Source of the DNA: Octopus vulgaris
Lineage: Eukaryota
Assembly: GCA_951406725.2 (NCBI GenBank)
Contig: OX597815.1
Coordinates: forward strand, 36,890,001 to 36,954,000
Direction: 5' to 3'
Length of the DNA: 64,000 nucleotides
Shown here piece by piece: positions 52,226 to 64,000 of this stretch (position 1 is the stretch's first letter; each line of letters starts with the position of its first letter). The translations under genes were made by a program, and so were the position numbers. The notes below the pieces were generated by a model, which ran no database searches, was not told where the DNA came from, and was given only the letters and a program-made list of their open reading frames with translations.

Positions 52226-53369
52226 GTTTTTCTTTTTAATGTGAAGCATGAGGTACATTAATTTACAGATGCATGATAATATAATGATGGATGCTATCAC
52301 ATTTAACCGAAACAGCCAATTGAACCAAAACAAATATCTTTTAGGTGATTTGTTCATACGAAACTAATTTCAAGAGGTTTATCGTATAATACTGGGATAT
52401 ACTTGGGATAAACAAATTCATACAGTCTCTGCAGTTTTGCATGGAAGTTTTGCTTGTATTGAAATTGCTAATTGCTAACAGAAAGTTGTGGAAAACTTCA
52501 TCACAATAGTTAAAATATCATTAGTGACTTCCGTAAAGATGTCTTCAGTAGAAATTTAAAATATGATAGAATAAATGAATTATTTAAAAGTTAAAGGATG
52601 CGTAGTCATTAATAAGATTATATTTTTCCAGCTTCTTAACCTTTTCTTTACGAGTTAAATTTACGATATTTTAAATCTGTTTGTCAAATACACTCCAAAG
52701 ATGAGGTAAACAACTTGGAAAATTATCATCAAAGGCTAATGTAGCGTGCTTCGACTTCAGAATATCATTTGAAATGGTTGTAGGCTAATCATCAATATTA
52801 TAATATCTAAGTCGGATATAAATTGTCACGAAACTTTCTACACTCACTGACAGACAGTAGCCGAATGTTGTCATTTGTTTTTGTTATTTTTATTCTAGCT
52901 CCTGCAAGCAATGTTCGAGTAGATTTACTATCAAATGTCATTGTCTTTCATCGTTTTTAAACTTTCAGTAATGAGACCATGAATACTTTTATATAAATTA
53001 ATTTATCGTACTTGTAGGAAGATATTGCGAATTATTCTGCTTTTCAGTTTCCCCAAAATAGACAGTTTTAAAAATATCTAAATCACAGTTGAAGGAAAAT
53101 ATTTTGCTCTGTATCTATACCATTCAAATATTAAAATACTTCTACGTGTTTCAAAGCTAAGCAAATGCACAACATTGAACCAAGGGAAATAACTCAAATA
53201 ACGTTACTTTCAAAGCAGGCCCTGAAGTGGAAGTTATAAACTTAATTTTGAAGGCCAACCCATTTTAATTAAAATTACTATTAGTATAATGTTTAAATGT
53301 CAAGAAAGGTAAGGAAGCCGTTTCCAGAATTTAAACTAATTGAAAATTGAATTAAAGACTACAGTATAT

Positions 53370-54450
53370 AGCGAGTGTGATCCTTGGCATTATAACTCCA
53401 GACATCTTTCGGTCTTGTTAGATCTCTTCAGTGAAGCAATCTAACCACTACTAGCCAGACTCTAGATGACTTTGAATGGTTAACCAATGGTTAGTGTCAC
53501 AAAATCATTAAGGAAAAAATATCTAGAAATGCCTTCTGCATGTAAAAATAATAGTTAAGTGTATGCAACTTCTCACCATTCAACTTTTAATTTCACTAAA
53601 TTCCTTTTTGAAGTCGTACATTCCACTAGTCATACTTTAAAATTGCTATGTAAGTATTTATTCAATCAAAATCTCTATATCTCAATCACCTTATTAGCTT
53701 ATTAACTCAATCAGCTTATTAACCACAATAGAGAAGATTTGTAGAAAATGTATAATTCAAAATATACTACACTAAAAATTATATATTTACATATTTAGCT
53801 AGTATTAATAAAGACTGATGCATGGTATTAGCTAAGGGAATATTTATGTTATGGGACATTCTAATTTTACACTAATTTCTTAAAACTAAGGGTTATATTA
53901 TAGGCTTTAGAATCTATTATTGTTACTCGATACATGATATTTATAGTTTTCAAGGAGTACTTAATTAGAAGGGCTACTTATATAAAGGCCCTTATAAATT
54001 CTAAGATCAGGAAGGCAGAGCATTTTAAGAAAGGTTTAAATCAAATAACTTCTAAAGATCATTTCAAACAATATTGCCATATTGTATAAAGTTAAAATGT
54101 GGTTAATAAGCTACATGTACTTTATCCTGTTTTTAGTGATTAAGCCATTTTATTCCTTTTCTATGGTGTTCTGCCCTACCTGATTATTTTATTTCTTTAT
54201 TATTTTATAATAGCCTTTATTTATTTATAAAATAAATCTAATTTTTGTACCTTTATAAATTCATACTTAGCTTATATATAACAATACTGGTGTATTCACT
54301 ACTTGAAATAAACTGCTTAGATTATAATTAAATTAATATATAGTTAGCATGTTCTTTTACCTCAGTACTCCTTTATTAAATACCAGTATATACCAATTGA
54401 TCAATATCCATTGATGCCATCTGATTAGTTAGTATTTAAGTTTATAATAT
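53370..54450. mobile_element. Possible highly decayed Penelope-like element
   Basis: Hammerhead-like motif at 53395-53437. IVSMFFYLSTP...IYQLI near 54340 weakly resembles the PLE RT C-terminal region. Confidence 0.35.
53395..53437 (-). ncRNA. Degenerate minimal type I hammerhead ribozyme motif
   Basis: Minus strand reads GCTTCA-CTGAAGA-GATC TAACAA GACC-GAAA-GAT-GTC-TGGAGT: intact core boxes, pairable stem I, one mismatch each in stems II and III. Confidence 0.5.
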
Positions 54451-54715
54451 GTATAAATATCAAACTATTTCTGAATAATTTCTTTTCTTCCTTCTTGTGG
54501 CATTATGGGCACCTAAAACAATTAGCAACCATGGAACATGTTACCAAGCCATATTCACTTGCGAGTGATGGTTATAGACTTCTTTTTACTTGCCTGATAC
54601 TTTATCTTATTGAGTCTAGAAAAATAAAAAGTAGAGTTGGCATTGGTGTGTTTTGAACTCAGACCATAAAAGGCTGGAATTTAAAATCCATCATCCCCAC
54701 AAGCAATTTTGCTTG

Positions 54716-55079
54716 ATGCCGGTGGCACGTAAAAAAAGCACCATCTGTTCGTGGCCATTTGCCAGACTCGTCTGGCACCACCATCCATTCGTGGCCGTTG
54801 CCAGCGCCGCCCCGACTGGCCTCGTGCCGGTGGCACGTAAAAAGCACCATCTGTTCATGGCCGTTGCCAGCCTCGCCTGGCCCCGTGCCGGTGGCACGTA
54901 AAAAGCACCCACTACACTCACGGAGTGGTTGGCGTTAGGAAGGGCATCCAGCCGTAGAAACACTGCCAGATCAGACTGGGCCTGATGCAGCCTTCTGGCT
55001 TCACAGACCCCAGTTGAACCGTCTTGCTAGCATGGAAAGCGGATGCTAAATGATGATGATGATGATGATGATGATGATG
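54716..55079 (+). mobile_element. SINE-like repeat, family B, with (GAT)n tail
   Basis: Similar to 4601-4910. Confidence 0.82.
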
Positions 55080-56659
55080 TTCTATTGTAAGTTAAGGAGA
55101 TAAGTGGCAATTATGTGTGCTGTAGGTTGCAAATTGACAGAGGCAAAAATTAATCATCAGAGATGCTTTGTCTCACAAAGAAACAGCAGGAACTAGTTAA
55201 AGATATTGTAAGCCCTCCTTCTGATGGTGACTGAAGCTATCACAATGTTGGAAACCATTTGTATCTCAGGGCTGAAAGCAAGTATCTCAGTGCTAAAAGA
55301 TTTTCATCCTGTAGCCTGTACACTTCATTTGAATAGGATAGTTAGCACTGAATTAGCCTTTGTCTGCAGAAGTGTTACATTATCAGTCTCTTATTAACCA
55401 CAACTGCCTGGAACTGGTTTCAGTTGCCATGGATATCTCCTTGGTCGCTTTCTGTAGTTGTCAGGCTCCAAACCAATTTACTCCTATAAATAATATACCG
55501 ATTTTCCTGGAAAACTGCAGAGATGTGTCTTCTCTTTTAGCAACTCTAACATAAATCTTAATCTGAAATGGTGAATTCACTACTTGCTCAATAACATTAC
55601 CCTCAGCAGAAATAGAGAGTAGCTAAGTTTGAGAATGCAGAACAGAAAGTATCCTGTAGTTGTAGTTATTGTATGTAAGGTGGCAAGCTGGCAGAATAGT
55701 TTGAATAAATCGCTTTGCAGCATTCGTTCTGAATTCAAATCCCACCAAAGTGAACTTTGCCCTTCATCCTTTCAGTGTCAATAAAATAAAGTACCGGTTA
55801 GGTATGGGGTCAATGCAGTATGAACTGCTCCTTTCCCTTTCTAAATTGCTGGCCTTGTATCTAAATCAGAAATCATTGTTTTTGTTGCTGTTTAGCCCCA
55901 GATCAACCCTGATTGAGCAAATCTATGAACTGATGCATTCCAGCTGTGATCATCCTTTCTTTTTTCTATGTGCAGGGAATTCAAAACCACATTATCCAAT
56001 GTATCTTTTAAGAAGGAAATTTAGATGCTATTTCTAACAGTCCAAGGCTTCTTCGTTGTTTCAAAATTACCTTTATATTCACATCAGTGACATGCAATGC
56101 AAACTGATTATCCGTTTGTTCATGAATTCGCTTTTTGGCTTATTCACGAAGTATGAAGCTAATAGCAGTATAGTGCAAGTGTGGTGAAAGTGTTGAGAGC
56201 GAGAGAGAGAGAGAGAGAGAAGAATTAATGTATATAAAAACTCATACATGCAGGCTTTTCTGTACAAATATATTGCATGTGCGTGTATGTCTTAGCTAAC
56301 CGAAGAACTTAGTAAATGAAAGCAAGAGGTAGATGCAGACAGAGATAAAGAAAGCAAAATAGAACGAAGAAGAATATATGAAGAGGAGGGCACAAATAAT
56401 TTCGTCGACTATCATCACTATCATTGCATTTCTAATTAAGATTTTTCAGATGTAGCCTATGGCAAGATGACTGTAGTTTCACAAATTTCAGTCTAAATAA
56501 ATTGAAAACTTCCTTTCCTTTACTTTTGAAAAGTTTTTGAATCTTGTTCAAGACTATTCAGTTGGAGACTGTTCTTACCAAAAGTTATCACAATCTTTTA
56601 TTAACCAACATTGGAACATCTGTGTAGTTACCGTCTCTGTTAAAAAGAGTACTGTGTGT

Positions 56660-57330
56660 GTGTATGTTCAACTGCTCGGGTGAACTCGGAAGGACAAGAG
56701 TACAAGGGATTACTTGCACGCACAAGAATTTATTATTAATCACGACAAGGGTGAGTCAGATGTTGTGCTTGCTGTAATGCTCTTTAATATGTTTTTCCTG
56801 TGTGCCACCAGACTTCTCCACACCGACAGTGAACTTAGCAGCAGCCTGACAGTGGACTTCAGATTAGATGGTAACCCTTCTAACATCAAGAGGCTCCATG
56901 CAACCGTCAGATATTGCAGAGAGTGAGTGTTGGTATTATATTACACCAAAATACTGTGATCTAGTGGTTTATTCTCAGAACGCTCCTCGGGCTGTCCTTA
57001 CCTTAACAACGAGAGTGAATGCTAGGGTAGGGTCACTATCAGCACCATCCAAATAAAAGTCCACCAAAAAGGAAGCGGAGTGCTAGTGTCCCACTCACTG
57101 CAACTGATTTCACTGTTTGTGATAAGCAACAGGCAGTGATGTCACTTATCAAAGACCTGGGGAGTATTCTCACTCTGAGGATAACAACATTTACAACGAA
57201 CATCCAAAGACCAACTATAAAAGAATTGAAGGTATGATACTCAGCGCTAGCAGACGAGGCTGAGACACTCGATAAGTACGCCCCATATCCGATGTCCACA
57301 GAGTGGTATACTGCTAATTGTACGTTGATC
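56660..57330 (+). mobile_element. Decayed RTE (BovB-like) LINE RT fragment
   Basis: LAVMLFNMFF...DFRLDGNPSNIKRLHA resembles RTE LAP.LF..FF...YR.DG.LFN.RRL.A. Confidence 0.6.
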
Positions 57331-57383
57331 AATGATCAGCTTGTGGGCTGAAGAAGATATATATATTTTTTTTTTCTGTGTCC

Positions 57384-57419
57384 CTTTCTGTAGAAGAGCG
57401 TAGGCTCGAAACGTAAAAG
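57384..57419 (+). ncRNA. Hammerhead-like motif in a Penelope-type short repeat (core mutated)
   Basis: CTTT-CTGTAGA-A-GAGC GTAG GCTC-GAAACGTA-AAAG. Confidence 0.4.
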
Positions 57420-58031
57420 ACTTTTTCTATTCCTGAGCATTATACTAATACATCTGTTTGTTTTGTACACCACCTGTCTTTGTCTTTTGTTTTTTTCGTA
57501 AACTCTCCCTATATATATATCGGCACTGCTTGGAACCCTTTCTACTAAAGGCACAAGGCCTGAAATTTTTGGGGAGGGGACTAGTCAATTATATCGACTC
57601 AGTGTTTCACTGGAGCTTATTTTATCGACCTCCGGAAGGATGAAAGGCAAAGTCGACCTCAGCGGAATATGAACTCAGAACATAGTGATGAGTGAAATAC
57701 CGCTATGCATTTCCTCCAGAGTGCTAACGATTCTGCCACCTCGCTGCCTTAATAATAATAATAATGATAATACTAATAATAATAATGATGATAATAATAA
57801 TAATAATAATAATAATTTAATAACCCTAACTCCAATCTCTGTTTTCTTTTAAACGTTTTATCGAGAAAATCAAAGTATTAGGGTTAGGCAGTGAGCTGAC
57901 AGAAATCATTACCGTACTGGACAAAAATTCATAGAGATAGTTCATCCGTCTTTACGCTCTGAGTTCAAATGCCACCGACATCAACTCTGTCTTTCATCCT
58001 ATCGGGATCGATGAAGTAAGTACCAGTTGAG

Positions 58032-58448
58032 GGATCTTTTTGGTTTGAACGGCAGTTTTTTCTAGCGGTGTCATATGAAATTGTCACCCATAATTATGAC
58101 CCTAGTATCGATCTATTGCATTTCAATCTGTTTTAGGGTTAGGGTTAGGGGTGGGGGAAGGGTATCTTTTTTTCTTCACAAATGTAAATAAACCCAATCT
58201 GTTTCTTAAACGAGGGACATATTCATACGGCACAGAATGTTTTTTTACCTCAATAGACGTCAGTGATTGGTTGAAATTGTAGAAATTGAAGGAAAAAAAC
58301 AACAAATATCTTACAAACTATAGAATTTTCTCAATAAAGCCAAGAGAAAAAGATGTTTTATAAACACATTCTACCAGTATACGAAGTTTAAAATTTTTTA
58401 GTTACCTAGAAATTATGTTAAAAACTGCCGTTCAAACCGAAAAGATCC
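58032..58448. mobile_element. GG-ended MITE copy inserted into a SINE, with 8-bp TSD
   Basis: Same element as 32334-32733; TSD CAGTTGAG. The host SINE sequence resumes on both sides (57885-58520). Confidence 0.9.
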
Positions 58449-59589
58449 CAGTTGAGTACTGGGGTCGATGCAATCGACTTACCCCCCCCCCAAATTTCAG
58501 GCTTTGTGCCTTTAGTAGAAAGGATTATTATTATTATGATTGATATTCACTTACCAGCGCATATAATATACACAGGCTAACATACATCACCCCTTACACA
58601 TAAACATGAGCGCACTCGTACACACACACTCAATTATGTGTGTGTCTCTCTCTCATCGGCCACGTTCGGATGGTGCTTTTTACGTGCTGAAAGGAAGCAA
58701 TAGAAAGTAACAACCACACTCTTACCCGCGCGTAGAGCGGGTCACCTTAAGCTAGTATATATATATTACTAGAGAAAGAGCTTCTTGCATCGTAACTGTG
58801 TCACGTCATATCACTGGAATGGTAGAGTAGGAAAGCTGCAAAACAATACAGAAATATTTATGAAGATATGAAAATACGATTAGCGATCACGATTTGGGTG
58901 CTAAGAACATTTAGAAAATATGCCACACATCCATCTATTCATATTGTCATAAGTAAAATACATAATCTATTAACCAATTCGCATGCAAATGCACGTGATA
59001 ATTTCATGTCTTCAGTATTATGCGCACAAAGCACAATATTTGAAATTTTAGAGTTGATGAATAAACTATTGAATATGATAACGGACCAAACCACGCTCGT
59101 ACGTACACACGCACGCATGCAACTTAATAGCCTTATCTAAAATAATTCATTTCAGTTTTGGAAGTATATTAAGAAAATTTGTGTGGATCATTTAAATGCT
59201 AAACAAATTTCTGAATAGCCTTGTATATTTTTTTTGTATATCTATTTTGTCACTATTTTTAATCATATTTTTTAATACTTCTATACATCGTTAATAATAT
59301 CATTATGCAGTGAATATCTTTTCACCCACGCACACACACACCATACACATACGAGAAAAATATCTTTATCAAAAGATGAGGGAATATTCATTTTCCTAAA
59401 AATGGCCCAATATATAGGTAATCCCGGTAACTTGTTTGAGCATACCTAGTTCAAAGTGGTCCGAGTAGCTGGCAGTATGAACAGCAGAGCGGTAGGTCAG
59501 CTATCCGTTAATCTCTGAGTCGAAGCAATGAACAGGGAAACTGGGAGTCGAGGACGACGTTTGAAGAATGCAGTGGGGAGGTGGGTGAA

Positions 59590-59811
59590 GGCTCAGAATC
59601 GTTAGCACGCCGGGCGAAATGAGTAGCCATATTTCGTCTGCCGTTACGTTCTGAGTTCAAATTCCGCCGAGGTCGACTTTGCCTTTCATTCCTTCGGGGT
59701 CGATAAATAAAGTACCAGTTACGCACTGGGGTCGATGTAATCGACTTAATCCGTTTGTTTGTCTTTGTTTGTCCTCTCTGTGTTTAGCCCCTTGTGGGCA
59801 ATAAAGAAATA
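59590..59811 (+). mobile_element. SINE family C copy
   Basis: Body and CCTTGTGGGCAATAAAGAAATA tail. Confidence 0.85.
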
Positions 59812-59849
59812 GATATGGGGGTTTGATGGGTGAGTGAGGGATAGAAGGA

Positions 59850-60400
59850 GTTGTAACGAACTTCGTGTGAAGTGCGACAAAAATCCAGAATCTCTGCCCG
59901 TCAGGAACAACAAGACGCAGACGTAAAATATATATAACTACTTTATTCTCTTTCTCGGTAAACAATAACAATAAGTGTGTTATCTGATGTCCCTGGTTCG
60001 GGCGCGCAAGGCTGAAAGTAAATCGATTGTAATATTTACAATGTCCAGCCGCCCAAAACAGAAACGGATTCAAGATGGCGTCGAACAATGGAGACGATGT
60101 TGGTCTGCAACAATCCAGGTTAAAGCCCTTTTGGTAAGGACTGCTAGAAGCTAGTTCAGACGGAGAGAATATATGCGTGACCGCCGCCTTCAATCGCTGG
60201 GTCCCAAGTCCCCGATGACTGCTGCTAGTGGTCAAACGTTCTACGACCCCGTTGCCTCGCTAACTACCACGATAGGCAAGCGGGTCGTGCTTCCGGTGGT
60301 TCGCGCATGCGCGAGAGGGCCCTTCCTTTCTCTGCCTTGGTAAAGGCACCAACACGCGCGAAATACAAATGGACGGTGCGCGAGCGCGCGCTGTTGTAGG
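59850..60400. promoter_or_regulatory. CpG-rich promoter-like region
   Basis: High CpG/GC density relative to the window. YY1-like CAAGATGGCG (60071), ETS CTTCCGGT (about 60290), NRF1-type GCGCATGCGC (60303). Confidence 0.7.
60075..60133 (+). CDS. Probable first coding exon of an unidentified plus-strand gene (MASNNGDDVGLQQSRLKPF...)
   Basis: aagATGG start inside the CpG island, open to a consensus donor TG|gtaagg. No downstream exon identified in the window. Confidence 0.5.
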
Positions 60401-61225
60401 ATCACTACAGAGTTATGTAGCTAAGATGTACTTTGAGAAGCTCACCCGGTGGGACTTGCATTAAGTAAAATTATAAATGATAGCACGGAAATACTGGGTT
60501 AAGAAACTCCTTAGATGGAAAAAAATCGATTGCTACTTGTGGAACTCGAATCCATACCTCCTGTAAACATGAGAGACGTTCCACCGTTGTACCGAAGCAA
60601 TCGTAATTTCTCTTTCCCTTTTAGAAGCTCTGTTCTTATCAGCAAGAATTGTACGTGGTTTACATCGTAAGAATTTAGGAAACTTTGAGAAACATGAAAT
60701 AAGTCGTTTTTAACTAGAAGCTAATGTACTCAATATTCATTTATAGCTTTATCTGCTTCGGTTTCCATCATTAAAAACGATTCATGTCACGTCTCCCGAA
60801 GATTCAAAATTCTTATGATGTAAACAGCATAAACACACACACACATGGATGCAGCATGGCCGAATGACTGAGAAGTTTTGCTTTGCAGTCATGAAATACA
60901 CAGGTTTTATCCTGCTGTATGGCACCGCGGGACAATGTTTTTATTTAATCATTGCCCGAAGATTTTTACCGAAAAATTGTAAGTGAAATTGGGAATAATC
61001 CATCCGAGGGCTTTCTATATAAAAATTATACAGAAACCCTACGGTTGCATTATACATGTAATTGTAAGGTACAGTCTTGTCACTGTGTCTCGTTGATTTT
61101 TGCCAGAGAATTACGTTAAAGTTAGGTGTCTGTGGAATGCTCAGCCACTTCATATGCTAATTTAATGAACAGGCAATTTTAAAATTTGTTTGATCAAACA
61201 ACTGAACCCCCGATAATCCATGCAA

Positions 61226-61282
61226 GTATGTATGTATGTATGTATGTATGTATGTATGTATGTATGTATGTATGTATGTATG

Positions 61283-61310
<28 letters not shown>
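61226..61310. repeat. (GTAT)n microsatellite
   Basis: Directly visible. A second tract at 61844-61945 continues into (GCAC)n(CA)n. Confidence 0.97.
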
Positions 61311-61313
<3 letters not shown>

Positions 61314-61894
61314 TATATTAATAAATAAAACATATGCATATATATATACATATATGTACGTACCTCTACATGTATATATACACGCATATATGAGTACAGG
61401 ACACCAAAAAACGTCGAACACAATGAGAAACGAAAACATAGACACAAACCCAAGGAACTGGACATTTTTCTTAAACAACAAAAAAATAGTGTACAGGATA
61501 AATAACACAAGGAAAAAACCCCTTCTTCAGTCGCCATGGTTTCATCTACTCTACGTTTCGAAGGTGAAGGCGAGACGTATCTTCGATAGAAACTTTCCTT
61601 CCTGCGAAAAGTAAATCAAATAAAATTTGAGATCTTTTTGCAGAGGGGTAAAAATGGTAACAAAACCAGGACAGTAACGACAGTACAAAATATAAGCAGT
61701 AAAAGACAGGACAAGGAAAATGACAAGACAAGAAGGGCTGTTAGCCGAACGAAAAAAAGTATTACGAACGCTATTTCTGTGAACGCGGAAGGGAGCAAAG
61801 AAAATTGCCATCCACACCTCAAGAAGGTCGGGCCAGAAATACAGTATGTATGTATGTATGTATGTATGTATGTATGTATGTATGTATGTATGTA

Positions 61895-61938
<44 letters not shown>

Positions 61939-62019
61939 CACACACAACGTGACCGCGTGTGTATCGTTGGTGATTTTTTTTCCTCCATCTTCCCTTCCTT
62001 GGATCTTTCCTTTTTCTAT

Positions 62020-62053
62020 GTTTCTGACGAAGAGCTCCGCTCGAAACGTTAAA
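62020..62053 (+). ncRNA. Minimal hammerhead-like motif in a Penelope-type short repeat
   Basis: TTT-CTGACGA-A-GAGC TCC GCTC-GAAACGTT-AAA, with palindromic AACGTT in place of stem III. Confidence 0.5.
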
Positions 62054-62404
62054 TCCTCCTTCTTTCTTTCCTTTCCTTTCCTGAGCGTCCAATAACATTA
62101 TACTTGTTCCATGCGTCCTCGCGTTGTTGTGTTTTCTCTTTTTGTTCGTGTTTTGGATTAACTAATGTATATATTTTTACATCGACAAAGAGAATTTACG
62201 TTAAAGTTTGACTGTGTTAAACGAAAACGATTTTCTCACTACATGTATGTATATTGTGAATGAAGAAGAGAAAACGAAAGAAGAAGACTGAGAGGAAGAG
62301 GCATAGGAGAGCATGGGAAAGAGTTAAAGCAGACGGAGAATAAAGAGAAAAAGACAGAGGCGAAAACGAAGAGGAGAAGCAAATGATAAATAACATTAGT
62401 AAGT

Positions 62405-62478
62405 TGTTATTGCTATTATTATTATTATTATCATTATTATTATTATTATTAGCAGCAGCAGCAGTAGTAGTAGTAGTG

Positions 62479-62541
<63 letters not shown>
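62405..62541. repeat. (ATT)n-(AGC)n-(AGT)n compound trinucleotide repeat
   Basis: Directly visible. Confidence 0.97.
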
Positions 62542-62719
62542 TAAGTTGTAGAAGAAAAAGGAAATACTATAGGTAATAATGAAAGAGGTTATTTCTACCA
62601 GAAACTATATAGCAAGAACACAGATTTCTCATTATTCTCTTGAAATGTAATCTAATTCTCATTCTAATCATACAAAGAGTAGCCGTTTCCATGGAAATCT
62701 GTTAGAAACAAATACATCT

Positions 62720-62759
<40 letters not shown>

Positions 62760-62787
62760 AGATGCATGTGTTTCTAACAGATTTCCA

Positions 62788-63586
62788 TGGAGTTTCTGAG
62801 CTGAAGATAGAAATGTTGTTTTGACTAATCTTGAAACGTACGTTCTCAAATAACCTTAGCATTTGATTTTTTTAATGTCCTTACCCCCAAACTTTTGTGA
62901 GTTGAATTAAGCAAACACTATATATGAGAGAGATTTTCTTTAAGTATTAGAAATAGCTTTAAAAAAGTTTTTTAGCTGCTATTTCTAATGAGTTCAGTAT
63001 GCGGCAAAGTAATTTATTTTACTAAGCCCTTTTATATAATGTAATAATTTGAATTCGCCTTAAATGGTCCCTTTGCATACTGAACACTTGGTGAAATTGA
63101 TTAATAATTAATTAATTTTACCCTCAATTGTTGAAATTATAATTAATCTCCCTCTAATTAATGCTTCGGATTTTACCGAAATAAGCATAGCGTTTGATGA
63201 TTTTAACCCACGCTGGTGGAAAGGGGAGAACAGAAATTCTTCACTTGCTTATTTGGGTTTGTTGGCACTGTTAGTTACGAGCGGATCTTCGAAAGGGTAT
63301 GTTCTTACTTTCAGTGTTTCCAAATCCAAACCAAGGAGTTTCTGAGCTGAAGATAGAAATGTTGTTTTGACTAATCTTGAAACGTACGTTCTCAAATAAC
63401 CTTAGCATTTGATTTTTTTAATGTCCTTACCCCCAAACTTTTGTGAGTTGAATTAAGCAAACACTATATATGAGAGAGATTTTCTTTAAGTATTAGAAAT
63501 AGCTTTAAAAAAGTTTTTTAGCTGCTATTTCTAATGAGTTCAGTATGCGGCAAAGTAATTTATTTTACTAAGCCCTTTTATATAAT
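62788..63586. repeat. Near-identical direct duplication of about 250 bp (62788-63038 and 63334-63586)
   Basis: Both copies start GGAGTTTCTGAGCTGAAGATAG and end AAGCCCTTTTATATAAT. Confidence 0.92.
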
Positions 63587-63793
63587 ATATATATATATAT
63601 ATATATCATCATCATCATTACAGATATAGGGTAAAGAATTATTAATTTAATAAATTAATAAATTTTACCAAGTAGTTTCAGTATGGAAAAGAACCATATT
63701 CAGTAAAAACTTATGCAAGATGTTTTTATATATATATAATTATAACAAAATTAAGGGTTTAGCAACAAGCTGCTTCACCTTGTTGCTAAACCC

Positions 63794-63850
<57 letters not shown>

Positions 63851-63904
63851 ATCTATAAAATAATATGTTACATTTACTCGGTAGTCAAGATAAAACTCTG
63901 AGTT

Positions 63905-64000
63905 TCAGATGCCGAAGTGGAAATCTACAACACCATCTCTTCGGTTATCTGGCCAGATAACCGAAGAGATGGTGTTGTGGATTTCCACTTCGGCATCTGA
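63905..64000. repeat. Near-perfect palindrome of at least 96 bp centred on 63952/63953
   Basis: TCAGATGCCGAAG...TATCTGG|CCAGATA...CTTCGGCATCTGA with one mismatch; reaches the window edge. Confidence 0.95.

Noticed and set aside
53700-54450. AT-rich stretch as a mitochondrial insertion (NUMT)
   Set aside because: No recognisable mitochondrial gene, rRNA or tRNA motif; a decayed retroelement fits better.
54716-54910. Regularly spaced palindromic repeats resembling a CRISPR array (also at 4601-4750)
   Set aside because: The spacers resemble each other, the unit belongs to a dispersed eukaryotic repeat with a (GAT)n tail, and no cas genes are present.
58133-58160. TTAGGG repeats as a telomere or chromosome-fusion relic
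   Set aside because: Only 2-3 units, always at the same position inside MITE copies.
59657-60235. 192-aa minus-strand ORF
   Set aside because: Starts at a non-ATG codon, crosses a GC-rich promoter, ends in SINE sequence and has no recognisable domain.
61157-62098. Cluster of overlapping 100-160 aa ORFs
   Set aside because: Produced by (GTAT)n/(GCAC)n repeats and low-complexity repeat flanks.

Overview
AT-rich, repeat-dense animal genomic DNA. The SINE families and microsatellites suggest an octopus or other coleoid cephalopod (inference). Main contents: (1) nine phase-consistent minus-strand coding exons of MARF1/limkain-b1 (one RRM plus several LOTUS/OST-HTH domains). The gene runs off the left edge and appears to start at ATG 28292, with no NYN nuclease or first RRM visible. 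(2) An intact, intronless 320-aa plus-strand gene at 40719-41681 with a strongly divergent HSF-type DNA-binding domain. (3) A CpG-rich promoter near 60 kb with a probable first coding exon of an unidentified plus-strand gene. (4) Many mobile elements: three SINE-like families; RTE, CR1 and Tx1-like LINE remnants; two apparently ORF1-only retroelements; a Gypsy remnant; a decayed Merlin transposase; GG-ended MITEs with 8-bp TSDs, one of them a palindromic dimer; piggyBac-like MITEs; a Helitron; and Penelope-like repeats with hammerhead ribozyme cores. No prokaryotic features or CRISPR array. All alignments were made by eye against remembered family motifs; no database search was run.
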